DNA of 64,000 nt, taken from NCBI RefSeq assembly GCF_009914755.1, contig NC_060947.1. One strand, 5' to 3'. This document shows, one piece after another, positions 47,316 through 62,050 of this stretch. The position numbers were made by a program, and so were the translations under genes. Every line of letters begins with the position of its first letter. Within the stretch, counting starts at the first letter, position 1. The notes below the pieces were generated by a model. The model saw only the letters and a list, made by a program, of their open reading frames with translations, was not told the DNA's origin and made no database searches. Origin of the DNA: the human T2T-CHM13v2.0 reference genome, Homo sapiens.

Positions 47316-47689
47316 TTATGGTTATTTCTTGATGATAAGCTTAACAAGGGGTGGATTATTCATGCCTCCCCTTTTTAGACCTTATAGGGTAACTTCCTGA
47401 TGTTGCCATGGCATTTGTAAACTGTCATGGTGCTGGTGGGAATGTAGCAGTGAGGATGACCGGAGGTCACTCTCATCGCCATCTTGGTTTTGGTGGGTTT
47501 TAGCCAGCTTCTTTACTACAGCCTGTTTTATCAGCAAGGGCTTTATGACCTGTATCTTGTGCCGACCCCCTATCTCATGCTGTGACTAAGAAGGCCTAAC
47601 TTACTGGGACCGCAGCCCAGCAGGTCTCATCCTTATTTTACCCAGCCCCTATTCAAGATGGAGTTGCTGTGGTTCAAACACCTCTGACA
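47316..47689 (-). mobile_element. MER41(A-like) 3' LTR, U3 portion only
   Basis: On the minus strand it begins TGTCAGAGG directly after the polypurine tract (gaggggggaaa) and ends at aagaaataaccataa; hallmark gggtaacttcctgatgttgccatggcatttgtaaactgtcatgg. Confidence 0.9.
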
Positions 47690-48408
47690 TTTCCCCCCTC
47701 ACTTTTATAAGAGAACCCTTAATCCTAAGGGTTGCAGAGGGACAAAGATCCATCTTCTAATGAATAGCGGTGATGATATTCCTGTCTAACTATTAGATCT
47801 CTTGCAATCAGGGTAGAGAGGAGCTCAGTCAGAAAGCATTGGTATGTCGTGGGCCATTCACAATTCTGAGTTCTGACAAAAGGTGATATCTTGAAGATTA
47901 ATAAGTATTCAATGTAAGAAAACATTCGGTAAGCTTATCCTGCATTCCTACACAAAGAGTACAACAGCAATATATTCCACAATAGTAAAGCAAAATAAGT
48001 AAAATTGTCCCTAGTAAACTAAATTAGAAAGCTTTCCATGAACTAGGCATTTGTTGGAACCAAGCTAATATGGGGTTGCTAGCCAATTTCAATATGTGCC
48101 CAGAATTGGAATACTGATCCAGATTTTTACATTACCCATCCCTCTTGTTTCTTCTGAGAAGCAGTCAGAGATCACTGGATGATTCACAGGAATAAGCAGA
48201 GTCAGTATAAATTGCAGAAAAATACTTAAAAACAACTAATGAGACTAAAAGCTAATAACAGGTATACCACAATTCTTGAAACATAATTTTTTCTCTCTCC
48301 AGTCTCCCATTTTTACTAAAGGTAAATCATGGTAAGACTGATTTGCTTTATTATACCTGGTTGGACTGTTTGTATAAAGTGCAGCAAGAATAATTATTTT
48401 TCACATAA

Positions 48409-48746
<338 letters not shown>

Positions 48747-50623
48747 GATGGAGCTCTGTTTCATAGATGGAATCTCAGATCTTTTTAAAGCTGAGCCCAG
48801 CCATGGATTTGTGCCCTCAAATACCCATAAGTTGAGTAAATCCCTCTCCCCTTGAGGTCCCAAGATAACTTGGGGCTCCTGGGCCTGTCAGAAGGTGACA
48901 TTCTTTAAACTTACCACAGGTCAGGAACCTTGTACAGGAACTGTGTAGACAAGGTATGAGGCCAGTTTCCCAAGGGGCTTTTATTGGCTCTATAAGTCAA
49001 GTTTGATTCCTTAAAGGAAAGCACACCATTCCATTCAAAGCCTTGGTAAAATAACCAGTTTCTCAAATTGTGTCCTGTTGCAAAAGAAAACAGATTCTTA
49101 TTGCACTTATGCAAATAACTATCGCTATAAGTTAAGAACACTCACAACTAGTTTCCAAATTCTGGAGAAATCAGGTAGAGAGAAACAAATATGCTCCAAG
49201 TTTTATTCCCAGGAATATACTTTACTCAATTGTTAAAAGCTGTAAATAGCTTAAAAGAAAAGTTTCTTTGACTCTGAAAAACAAAACAAAAGGATCCGCA
49301 ATGCTTTAAGCTAAGTTAAAAAAGATTGCTTCAGTCTTCTATTAGGTCAGTCCATTCAGTCAACTCCTGTTCTGCTTTATATTCATGAACATTTCAGCTT
49401 TCCATGAGTCTTGAAAGTTTTTCCTCTATTCTAATGTCATAATCTCCAAAGTTATTAGAAACCTGCATTCAAGAACACCTGTTAGAGTCCTGTAGCTGAT
49501 TATAAACCACCTTTTAAAGAGGATCAAAACAAGACAACAATTGCCTGTGGATGACAAAATGTCTTAGGGCAGCCACAGCCAAAAACATGATTGACAAAGA
49601 AATTTGGTTACCTCTACGGCACACAATGATTTTATGTAATAATTATAATTATTACTGATAATATATGCTAAGTTATATTAGGATTATAAGAGTTTCCCAT
49701 AATTTTGAACACATACCAATAACATATTTCTAGAAATACAGCCCAAAAAAGCCAAACACCATCTTATATTTGAGAATGTTTCCTGTATGACTTTTATACC
49801 AAATAAGCCAAATGTCACTTTTGGACTTTAGGCAACCTAATATCTAAAAGATTAATTAGGTCAGAAAAAGTCATAGTTTATAATTTCACTTTGGAAAGCT
49901 TATCAAATATTAAAGGCTTAAGTCACTTGATATTATAAAAAGAATCCCAGGTCACCGTAAGTCACTCATTTAACCAAAATGATAAATATTTTAAAAAGGC
50001 AAAACCCCATACTCACTAAGAGAGGAGAGAATCAGCTTTCTAAACAAGACCCAATAAAGACAGCATGAGGCCAATTGAATCTTGAATCTGTCTTTTCTTT
50101 TTCCCCTCCCTTTTTCCCTGCCATTTATCCAAAGTCATAGACAAAAACCTTTCATTATCTTTTCATATTATGTAAAAATCTTTTTTGAAACAGAAAACCA
50201 AATTTCATATTTGCATTAGTGCATTTTTCATGCCAAAGCTAGTTTTAAATAACATTTTATAAGTTTATCCAGTTTTAATTAGTTTGACCATAAGGTATGA
50301 TTTTCATAAACCTCTTATAACTCTTTATAATTTTTGTTAAACAGATCAATCTTCTAAGAAAACCCTGTTATTTGGACACGTGGGCCCAAATTCTGGCACC
50401 AAATCAGTATGCTTTTAGTCCAATGTTCAGTTTATGGAAAAACTGAATACCCCTTTAATTTGAGCGAATATGTTCACACACAGAATTTCTTTTACAAGAT
50501 TAATTTTTCACAAACCTTCCATAACTTGCTCAAACCTTCAGCTTTATCTTATCTAACTTAAAACAATCCGTTAACCCTTTAATCTAGGCAAGAAAAAAAA
50601 ATCCACATTCCCATGCCTTTTTA

Positions 50624-50884
<261 letters not shown>

Positions 50885-52354
50885 TTACACGGTTAATTCT
50901 TAGCAACTTTTACTTTTGGTGAAAAGCTTGGCTAGTAAGCCATTGTAGTTAGGTACCAGGTCTGGAGTCTAGAACATCAGACAGAAGTACAGATAAAGGC
51001 TGACTCTTTCCAGCATACGTAGGGGGCATGGCTGTCCATATGTCCCCAGGCCTTATCTAGAATCTAATGCTCCAAGGTAGTAGGTAAATTGAACAATTTT
51101 CAAAAGTCAAAGAAGCAGTTTATGACCTTAAAGCATTTAGCAAAGCTAGTATGTGACCGAATTTAGACCAAATGTCTAAATTTTGAAGACATTTTTATTT
51201 TACCAGTAACCTTTAAAACTGTTTTTATTTCCCAAAGATTACTAAAGTCACATGAACCAAAAGGCTTTGTACTTTTACTTTTCTGATAAAATATTTGATT
51301 TAAGCTCTTATTTTTAAACCAATTAATCAAAACCCTTTTATACTACACACACAACACATATACATACACAGACAGACAGAAGATAAAAGAGTCATTCCCT
51401 AAGCCAGGAATTGAACCCTGAAGCCAGGCCACCACGGTGAAGACACAAAGCCTTAGCTACTGAGCTACAGCACTGGGAAGTTTCCATTTCTCTTCCTAGA
51501 AGGAGCCTAGAACAGCCAATTTTGAACTTGCAAAAGCTTTTAACTGCTTGAGATAATTTTAAGGGCTAACTATAACATGAAACCCCAAATTCCTGTCCAC
51601 TGGATGATGGCAACCAAGAGAAAGTACTGCCACGTGGTTACAAGGTTAAGCTCCCAAGGACATTTTTCAACATGTAGTCTCTGGCGAGACAGTCGCCCTG
51701 AGTAACAGACAAGATAAGAAATGGAAAAGAGAGAAAGAAAGAGAGAAAAACATTGCTGCGGCAGGATGGGGAAGGCGAGTTGCTCACGGAGGCCAGAGAA
51801 AGATCCACCCATTGCAATGCCACTGAAAAGTTCAGGTTTTGTTGAAGGGATCTTTTTTGAAGGTTTTGTTTGTCAAAGGGATCTTTTCCAGCATTCCCAT
51901 CAGCTCTCAAGTTTCCCCCTTTAGGGAGGAAAAAGCTCCCCATGTCCAATGATCCTGTATATACCTAATCTTGTCACCTACAGCCATCAGCAAAGGCAGA
52001 TTAATTCAAAGAGAATAGCAGTTAATAGTAGTGCCAAACTCGTTCTTAGTCGAGAGGGACTTTACTGAGAGGGATCTCCAACCCCCTAAATCTTAGAAGG
52101 GACTCTAACGCTCCTAAGTTGGGCTTCTAACCCAAGGTCAGTCAAGCGTCCTTGACTTTTATTAAGAGGGGTCTTTAACCTTCTCTGTCTTAGGAGAGAC
52201 ACTAACTCCCCTAAATTGGGCCTCTAACTCAATCCCATCCTTTACACTGGTAAATGCACCCCACTTACCCAAAGTCGGCCAACTGGTGCTGCAGACTATT
52301 TCCTTTGGGTTGGGGGTCTCCTCAGTATCGTTCCTTCAGGGTTTGCCAGAAAGA

Positions 52355-52507
52355 TGTTACCAGAAAAGGGTCCAGATCCAGACCCCAAGAGAGAGTTCTT
52401 GGATCTCGCGCAAGAAAGAATTTGGGGTGAGTCCATAGAGTAAAGTGAAAGCAAGTTTATTAAGAAATTGAAGGAATAGGAGAATGGCTACTCCATAGGC
52501 AGAGCAG
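52355..52507 (-). mobile_element. MER41(A-like) 5' LTR, R-U5 portion only
   Basis: tgttaccagaaaagggtccagatccagaccccaagagagagttcttggatctcgcgcaagaaag...gcaagtttattaag (LTR AATAAA on minus)...ccataggcagagcag. Confidence 0.9.
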
Positions 52508-52755
52508 TCTGTTTACCAATTTCTGGTTATCTGTTGACTTCCTGCCAAGCTAGTTAAAGATTTAGCACCATTGTCTAACTCATCACTATTTTGTATTCTT
52601 TTTTGGTTACCCCAGTAAGCTATGCAATATACTAACACTTTCTATGTTTTTGTTCCATCAAGTATGAGCTGCATCTTTTGAGTCCCCACTTGGTAGGCTA
52701 AGGTAGTGGCACCCTTCTTCTTCCCCTCAGCTCTGTACCCCACCCACCCTTCTCA

Positions 52756-53052
<297 letters not shown>

Positions 53053-55399
53053 CTATGCATGCATCATCACATTTAATCCTTATCGTAGTCCTGGGAGGGA
53101 AATATCATAATTGCAATTTTAGAAATGAGAAAACTGTGACCAGACCATGCATCTGGTAGGGGGTCAAGCTGAGATTTGAAGCAAAGTTGAATCCAAAGCC
53201 CCTACTATTTTTTCCAGAGCCCCAAGCATCCTTCAACTTCAGTTTCATCTGCAGATTTTCAAGTCTCTTTTCTGTAGCCAAGGCTTGGACTAGCAGTCTT
53301 TAGCTATTTTTAGAACCCCACAGTGATTCCTGCTCATTCACCAATGCTGCAGCCTCTTCCCAGAGGGCAAAGAAAAGGGTGACTTGAGAGGAACCTGAAG
53401 GCAAATGAACCATCCCTATGGGGTGTGGGGAGAGTAGATCATCTGGATGGGTTTGCTGATTCAGTTGCATGCCTGGCAGGCTTCTCTCTACCTCGTGGCT
53501 CGGGCATTGAGCTTTGGAAGCCAGTACAGAAGTCCCACGTGGTCCCTGAGGTGACATGGGAATCATTTTACCGCATCACCAGGGCTCCGCCTGCCAGCAT
53601 GCTGCCTTTGATTTGAGAAGCAAATACAGAATTTTGAAGATTGTAGCTGACTCAGACCATTGTTCTGGCATTGCAGTCATAGACACATGTGGGAAATTCC
53701 CAAATTGACTTTCCCACAGAGCTGCTTTGGAGTGGGGGACAAAAAGAGTTCGGGGGCGGAGAATGTATTTTAGTTATTTATTTGATTAGTGCTTGTTAAA
53801 TCTTTGGACTGTTTCAACTAGAGGCACTGAATGGGATTTCCCCAGGGGTCACTTCTGGGCATCTAGAAGAGTCAAGAGGTCAAAAGGCCCAGACTCAATT
53901 TTCCATACTGAGGAAGGAGAGGCTAATAACATAAAACAGACAGTCCCAGATTCTTTCTATTGGTCTACAGGCTGCTGTCACAGAAAAACATTTGGACGTT
54001 CCCACCCACATACTTTCCCCCAACCCATGTCCTCTGGGTTCTCCCTCTCTGTTGGCGATCCAGCCATCCAGCCCACCTAGGAGTCATCTTCATTCTACCA
54101 TCTCCTTGCCTCATAACAACCCTTCTCCTTCACCCGTGGGCCACCCCTTCTACACACACACACACCCATACCCAAGACCACCCCGCTCACACTGTTGATT
54201 TGCAGGGTCTTACACATTCACCCTTTCTCCTTTCTTGTTAGTGACCTCCAACCTCATCACCTCAGGCCTACTACTTTCTGTGCCTCCAGTTACACCTCCC
54301 ACAACACTGGCCTGGCCCCAATCCATCTTGTCAACACTGCTAGATGAATCTTCCTGCAGAACAGCTTTCCAAGGCCTGCTCAGACTTCCCCAAGGCTTCT
54401 CTGCTGCTTCCAGCATAAAATCCAAATGCCTCAGCCTGGTTTTCGAGACCCCATTCTACCTGCTCTCTATTTCTATTTCCAAGCTCTGTTCTTGCCACTT
54501 CCCTACTGGACTGAGAACTTCTTGAAGATGAAGAACAAGCCTGGCTAACTACTGGGGCTGTGACAGGACAGGAGAGTGTCTAGGACATTGGGAGTCAGGA
54601 CCTGTTTGCTGAGGGAGTGAAGGAATGAAAGAATGAGCGTGGTTAAGCCATCACAAGACTCATTTTGCCAAATAGTTGTGCAGGGTCCTCTGTCACTGAC
54701 CAGTTGGGTGACCTTGAATAAGTCCCTTCCTCTTTCTGGGCTTCGTGTCTTCAACAGGTGTCTCAAACTTGCAGCTCTTGGGCCCAAAGGGCCTGCAAAC
54801 ATGTTTTGTTGGTTGGCACATTAACGTGATTTTGAATGCCTTTCTGGAAAGCGTGTGTGCTGTGGTTCCCCACTCTTCTCCCATTTTCTTACACCTCCCC
54901 ACCTCCCTTATTTTCATTAGCTGCTTGGTGCCTAAAGGCATTTACATTTGTGACTCTTGGATTAGGTGGTGTTTACTCACCTTTCAACTCTGGCGTGGCT
55001 GGAATTCTCTGTTTGACGTGCTTTGAAATGAAAATTGCAAGTGCTTTGCTTAAGTGATTCCCAGTGTCATCTAATATACAGCAGTCAGGCCAGACTAACT
55101 TTGCCTTCCCAAAACAGGCCACCAAAGAACAGTGGAATATGCCGTTAGTATTTCTGACTTTGGCAGTCAGCTGCAGAGGGAGATTTTATTCCATTGAAAA
55201 TAATTGTCTTTACATAGCCCAGCACAAGTGGTGCCCATTTATAGACTAGAAAGGACCAAGCACAGCGTGCCTATTGGCAGCCAGCTGGGCCTATACAGAG
55301 GGCACTGGTTGCAGGCACAAAGTGTGAATTTAGCCCAAGTTGCCTAGCCCAGTCCTTTCCAGAACAAAGTGCTGAATGAGGGGTGTGTGCTAGAAGCAT

Positions 55400-55437
55400 T
55401 TCTCTCTCTCTGTCTCTCTATGTCTCTCTGTGTGTCT

Positions 55438-55474
<37 letters not shown>
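55400..55474. repeat. (TC)n-rich microsatellite
   Basis: Directly visible. Confidence 0.9.
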
Positions 55475-55475
<1 letters not shown>

Positions 55476-57915
55476 TTGGCTGTCAGTGGCCTAGTTTGCA
55501 CTAAGACTCCATAGAGATACGCACAGAGGGCAGGGAAGATCAAGGAGGCATTCTCATCACTGGGTTCCTTTGCATTAGCCAGGCCCAAGGGCCACATGAG
55601 TTGCAGATCTGCCTGGCCACAGGCAGGCAAGGCACAGCTCACTGGGAGATGCTAGACAAACACAGCAGCTGCTGGAAGGCACTTGCGTAGTCTGGACAGC
55701 AACTGAGTCCCACACATTTGGGCAGCATCTGGGTGAAAGGTACTGGGAGGTGGGCAGAGAGGGCTGGTGTGGGTGTATGTGCCCATCACTGGGCATAGTC
55801 AGGCACTGGGTCAAAGTGGAAGCACTGATGACCTGTGGAGCCAAATGGCTGCAGTCACTGGGTGTATGTAGAGCCTGGGTGTCCCCAAAATCAGTGTGGA
55901 GGGCGTAGAGGGGCTATTCAGTTAGGGACACATAATAACATATCCACCTGTATGTAGCAGTTGTAGGCATCTGAGATAGTGGGTGGGGTGGGGAGGTGAG
56001 GAAGGAAAAGGGGAGAAGAAAGACTGTTTCTGACTAAGCTGTTTCATGTGTCCAGAACAACTGCAGGGAGCTTCCTGGGGGAAAAAGATTGACTATGTAT
56101 CTTTGTCTCCCTGTTTCTGCCCTTTCCTGCTCTGCTGCTTAGGAACTCAGGGAGACAAAGCCCTAGTACTGTTTGTCAAAGTCAAATAGAATGGATAAAG
56201 CAAACTTTCCAAAGAAACTTTATGGAACACATTTCAAAGCCCTGGAGAAGCAATTTTAGGGTTTTTTGTTTTGTTTCTTTCTGTTTTTGGTTTTCTTTGC
56301 ATGACTGCCACTAACTTATGTCAGCAAGGCGTTAAGTGAGACACTTAAGATCATTGCGGCTGCCAGGGGAAGTGGGTACACCCGCTTGTGGGGCTGTAAG
56401 ACAGCACAGTCGCTGAAGGGCATTAGAGCTGGGCTGGGTTGGGCTAGGCTGTGGCTGGGACTGAAGACCGTGAACACAGCGGGACATGATGTGGTGTTGG
56501 TATGACTGTGGGTGTGCTGTGTGTTATGTACATGTTTGTGACAGCACTGAGGGACCTGGCTGTAGCTGTAGTGTGTGGATTTGTTCCGTGTAGCTTGAAA
56601 CCAGGGTGCTCTGGCAGCGACAGGAACAAGTATGGGCCACAAAGCCAGAGAGCCCCAGTGTCAGCTAGATGGGAGGGGCGGGAACTTTTCTCACCTTCAT
56701 TTCCACATAGCCAGCTGGGCCTGTGTCTCTGGCAGTAGTTGCTGGTGTCTGAAGGCTTTTATTCCACCTCTAACTGGCCTGCAGTATTCCAGCTGGAAGC
56801 CGTGGAAGCCCACACATTGACTTGTGCCGTTTCTGGCACACTCAGCTACCCCCAGTGGCCTGGAAGCCCAGCTTTTCCTGCATAGCCCTTGGTTGAAGAC
56901 CCATACCTGAGCCTTATGTTCAGCGAAAGGCCTTATCATCACACAGTGAGGCTTCCTGCTAAAATGCAATCGCCTACTGAGATGGGAGCCATGGAGGGGA
57001 TTCTGGGGTTGCTGTTCTCTATCTTTTGAGTAACTGGGGGTCAAGGTAAGCCAAGCCCTGGCCTGGTCTGCAGCTGCTGTCTGCACACTGCCCAGCCTCT
57101 CCACCCACTTCCACCATCACAAGGAGAGCTCTTGAGTACCCTGGAGGGTCTGAGGTAGACATGATGGTCCTGTAGGTGGTGGGCATTTGGGTTGTCATCC
57201 CCATAGCTACTAACCAGCTGGCCAGGCCTGGCATGGTATGGAGGCTCTGTCTGAATGAGCCAAGGATGCTCCGTCTTTAGCAGCAGGACTTTTGAGCAGT
57301 GAGAAGGCACTGGGGTTCCCTGGCCAGAGGAGGCAAATCAAATGCACGCAGGGCTACACTCCCCACCTGCCTCCCAGCAGGTACCATAAGGGTGAGAGTC
57401 GGCCAAGTGTAAGACAAGTCACGGTGTGACCAACCATAATGCCTGTCTTTTTACATTACTTTTGAAAACACTATGCAGGCCAAAACCAAAAAAAAAAAAA
57501 ATATATGGCCAAACCAAAAGCATCTGCAAGCCACATTCAGCCTTCTGGCTGCCAGTTTGTATCAAATGTGAAAAGCAAAATTTAGTTGTACATCACTGAG
57601 AATTCTTTTGGCCTGGTGAACTCTTTCTTGGTCTTCCACATCTAGCTCCAATGGCATCTCTGAGCCACTTTCTCTGACCCTCTCCTTAGGCCAAACAAAT
57701 GCTTCTCCTCTCTCTGATCCCTTAGTATCTATTGTAACATATTAGTATATTCATTCATTCATTCAATAAACCTCTATTGACTACTCTGGCAAAGGTAGTG
57801 CTGGGGTTACAGAGATGAACAAATAAGAAATAACCCCTGCCCTCGAGAAGCAACCAGCCTGATTGGAGGAAAGATGGGAGGGCAGACAGACTGAGAGATC
57901 CCTGAGGGAGGCTCC

Positions 57916-57917
<2 letters not shown>

Positions 57918-57951
<34 letters not shown>
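57918..57951. repeat. (TG)n microsatellite
   Basis: Directly visible. Confidence 0.95.
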
Positions 57952-57955
<4 letters not shown>

Positions 57956-58154
57956 GTTGAGGAAGGTAGGCTTCGGGTGAAAAGGAGATGGCTCAGCCAG
58001 GTGCTGGAGGAACAAAATGAGTAAATCAAGCTGAAGAGGAGGCAGGGCCTTACTGGCGCAGGGAGCCCCTGAGCAGACCCCTGGAGTTATGGATACCAAT
58101 GGCATGTTCACGCCCCAGTGTGTTGCCCTATGTGACTAGTGTTTAAGGAATGAG

Positions 58155-58246
58155 GACAAAATAATCTATACCTCAAACCCCTGAGGCATGCAGTTTACCT
58201 GCATACCTGCACATGTACCCCTGAACCTAAAATCAAAGTTTAAAAA
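58155..58246 (+). mobile_element. Very short L1P 3' end with 10-bp TSD aaggaatgag
   Basis: cctgcacatgtacccctgaacctaaaatcaaagtttaaaaaaa; TSD at 58145-58154 and 58247-58256. Confidence 0.85.
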
Positions 58247-58569
58247 AAGGAATGAGATGCTGTAAGTGGCTGTGGATCTTGGCTTTTTGTCCTCTGAAGG
58301 CAATGGGGAGCCACCTGTGGGTTTGGAGCTGGGGAGTGATGAGTCTGATCTCAGCTTTGCAAGGCCCACACTAGAGCCTCCACGTGTTAGACAGTCAGGA
58401 AGTGGGGCGAGACTGGTGATGGGGGGCCAGCCAGGGAGCTGTGTCCCCAGTGCCTGGACCTGCCCACTGCATACTTGCTGAGTGAGTGAGTAGATGAATG
58501 AGGTAGGAAGGGATGTGGAGAGTGGCTGCTGCCCCCACCCCTGTTTGGCAGGGGTGGCTTTCATAGGCA

Positions 58570-59542
58570 TCCACTTGGGCATCTCATAGGCATCTCAGAC
58601 TTGACCTATTCAAACCAGACCCCTGGCCTTGCCCCCCAAACCTGCTGCTCCTGCAGTTTTCACCATCTCAGTTAATGGCAGTCTCAACTTTCCAATTGCT
58701 CAAGACCCAAACCTCAAGGTCATTTTTGACTCTCATACTCCACATCCACTCCATTAGTAGTTTATGTTGTTTCTACATTCCAAATATATCCAGAATCAAA
58801 CCACTTGTTACCACCTTCAAGATCTGTTCTCCTGTCATCTCTCACCTGGGTAATTATTTGCAGCAGCCTCCTGACAGGTCTCCCTGCCTATTCCAGCTTG
58901 GATCCTCTATGCTCTACTCTCAGCACAACAGCCGGTGTGATTCAGCAAAAACATAAGTCAGGTCATGTCCTTTCTCTGCTCAAAACCCTCTACTGGATCT
59001 CTATTTCAGATGAAAAGCCAACGTCCTTACAATGGCCCACAGGCCCTGCATACTCTGACCCCCTGACCTGTAGGACCTCACCTCCTGCTCTCCTGCTACT
59101 CCTTCTGCACTCTGCACCAGCCACACTGGCCTCCTCACTGATCCCCAAACAGCCTCCAGGGGCTTTGCATTTGCTGTTCCCTCTGCCTAGAAATCTTTTC
59201 CTCTAGGTACCTGCGTGGTTCACTTCCTCACTTCAGGTCTCTCTACAAATGTCACCTTCTCAATGAAGCTTTCATTGACCATCTTATTATAGAATAACAC
59301 CCCCAGCCCTGCTGGTCCCCTGAGCCCCTCCGTTGTTTCATTTTTCTCCAAGCCAGTTATTGCATTCTAACTTACTACATATTTTACTCATTTGTTTTAT
59401 TCATTGTCTATCTCTCCCCACAGAATGTAAGCTTAATGAGAACAGAAACTTTTGTCTGTTTTCCCCTGTGGTATTCCTAGTGCCTGGACCAGTGCCTGGC
59501 GCATGGGAGACACTCAGTAAGGACTTATGGGATCAATGAATA
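58570..59542 (+). mobile_element. L2a 3' portion
   Basis: aggcatctcagacttgac...catgtcctttctctgctcaaaaccctc...agaatgtaagcttaatgagaacagaaac...agtgcctggcgcatgggagacactcagtaa. Confidence 0.85.
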
Positions 59543-61184
59543 GGTGGACTGTGGGGATCGGTGAGGTTGTCCTGGGCTATCTCAGGGCCATGTGATCTGG
59601 GATTCTCAGGAACAGATCACGTAGGGGAAGGAGAGAGCCACTGGACTGTAGGAGTTAGCAGGTCTAGCCAGGGTGACCTTGGGCAAGTCCCTTCCCCTCA
59701 CTGTCCTCAATTTGTCCATTTATAAAGCAATTTATAATTTGATGTGATTGTCTCTAAGGACAAGCATTATGAGCCTCTGGGGGCAAGGTGGGGGCCTGGC
59801 CAACTGGGCTGCCATTCATGCCCCCTGGGCATGAGGGCAGAGATCCTCACTCCTGCAGTTCCCCATTTCTTTTTTGACTTCTTTCAAAGCGCCATCTTAT
59901 CTTCACCCCACATCTATAAACATACCATGTCACAGCTGTTCAAATAGTGATGGGGCGGTGGCTGCCAGTCAGCTTCATTCAGCCAGGCCAGCTGTGCTCC
60001 CTGCAGTATGCCTCACTCTGGCTTGAAGGCCTGGGCAAATCCAGCAGTGGGATAGCATCCACCCCATTTTTCAGAGCAAACAATTCTATCACACCTGCCA
60101 CACAGGTAGGCCCATCGCTGGAGCAACCTCACCTCCTCTCCTAGACCAAACTCTGTAGAAGAGTCTGGTCTGGTTTGGGCCAAGTGTTTATCAAGCATTT
60201 GTTACATTAAATTTTAATCCTTATGCTAACCATGTGAAGTAGGCATTATTAGACTCATTTTCAGAGGAGAACATTGAGTCTCAGAGGGGTTAAGAGTGCT
60301 GCCCAAGGTCCCATGCAGGACCTCTTCCCCCATGCAGGAGTCTCTTGGAAATCTGCTGACCAAGGTCTAGGAGGCTCACCCATGGTTGGAGCAATGAGAC
60401 AGGCAGAAAGGATGCTTCGTTCTTCCTTCAGCTCCATCCAGGCCACAGGTGGAGCCTAAGTGGTGGAAAACAGGCCAGCCCAGATGGAAGTCATCACTAT
60501 CCCACTGGTTCCCTGAGGGCTGAGCAGGAGGGAGGCGCCTTCCCGTCTTGCCCTGCCAGGAATGTGGGGCGTCCTGAGAGGCTGGGACCAGTGAGCAATG
60601 GGGGCGGTGTGCGAGTTACTCCATGTGATAAACTATTTTCCTTTCTCATTCCAAGGATCAGAGAGCACTTGGTGAGCTGTTCTTTGTTCCAATGGAAACA
60701 GAATATCAGAAAAGCCCAGTGGGGGACAGTCAAAGTTTCCTTTGTCTTCTTGGGCTAGGAGGCTGAATGGGAGGACTGTGGCAAGGTGGGTGGGGCAGGG
60801 CCACTACAAGGGCAACAAATCGGTAGAAGGGGGATCAGGACAGGACTCTACGACAACAATGGGGGAAGAAAAACCCACAAAGAGCTAAGAACGTGCCAGT
60901 GGGGAGGCCTTACAGCCTCCCTCGTGCAGCCTTACTCTATGTGGATCTGCTAAGTCTGACAGTCTCCAGCAAGGGGCTGGGGAGTCACAGCACAGCTAGT
61001 GCTCTCCTGGCCCAAGATGTGCCAAAGGCCACCTCCAGGACCACTGCCCTCCACACGTCCTCTGAACTCCCTGGCCCAGTCTCTTTACTGCCCCCATAAC
61101 ACAATGTGCTTCTACCAAGAATGATAGGAATTCAAATTTATCGAAGTCTTTGAAAGTTTGCCAAGCACTTTCCCATAGCTCTCC

Positions 61185-62050
61185 AGGAGGCAGAATAGCC
61201 TACTGGTTAGGAACACAGGCTCAGGGCCCATACTGCCTGGCTCTGCCATTCCACTGCTGTGCGATCTTGGGTAAGTTACTTAGCCTCTGTGCCTCAGGTT
61301 CCTCATCTTTAAAATGGGAATAATCACAGGATCTACATCTTAAGGCTGTTTTCAGATTAAGTTGGCTAATGTTTAGGCTCCCTAAAAGCAGAGATTTTTG
61401 TCTTTTATTCATTGCCATGTCCCTAGGGCCTAAACAATCCCTGGCACCTGGCAGGTACTCAACAGATATTTATTAAATATATATAAAGGGCTTAGGATGG
61501 GAGCTGGCACTTAGCACAACAAGTGTTAGTTTTTGTTGTTATCTTTTGCATTCTCACAATAGTTCCAACAGGAGCATTCTGAATTTCATGCATGTTAGTG
61601 TTGCTCCTCCTTGTAAGGTTCAAGTTCTAAGTCAAGGTACTGAAGGAATATGCAACAGACTTAAAATGGAGGGCAAAAGTTTGGGCCACAGAGGATTAGG
61701 AGTACAGCTGTCAAATATTAGTAAAAGCATTCGTTCATCCATTCATTCAGTCATCTATTCTACAAATATTTCACAAATACTCCTAAGGGCCAGGCCCTGA
61801 GCTGAGAGCTGGGGATGTATTGAAGACAAGATAGACAAGGGTTTCTACATTTGAGGAGCTTAACTTGTAATGGAAGGAGACTAGCAAAAACAAGTAAAGA
61901 TCTAAAAAGCACTTATTAGCACTTATTCAGATAGCAATAAGTGTTATGAAGAAAATCAAGTAGTATAATGGGATAGAGAATGGCTGGGGTTGTGTATGTG
62001 TTGGGGTTGCTTTAGTTTATGGTCAGAGAAGGCATCTGAGGTAGGAACAC
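61185..62050. mobile_element. MIR (+) with an L2 3' end, then L2 (-)
   Basis: gatcttgggtaagttacttagcctctgtgcctcagg; cctggcacctggcaggtactcaacagatattt; attcattcagtcatctattctacaaatattt. Confidence 0.7.

Noticed and set aside
51395-51478. Functional tRNA gene
   Set aside because: Stems are degenerate, there is an insertion before the T arm, and it lies within ERV internal sequence.
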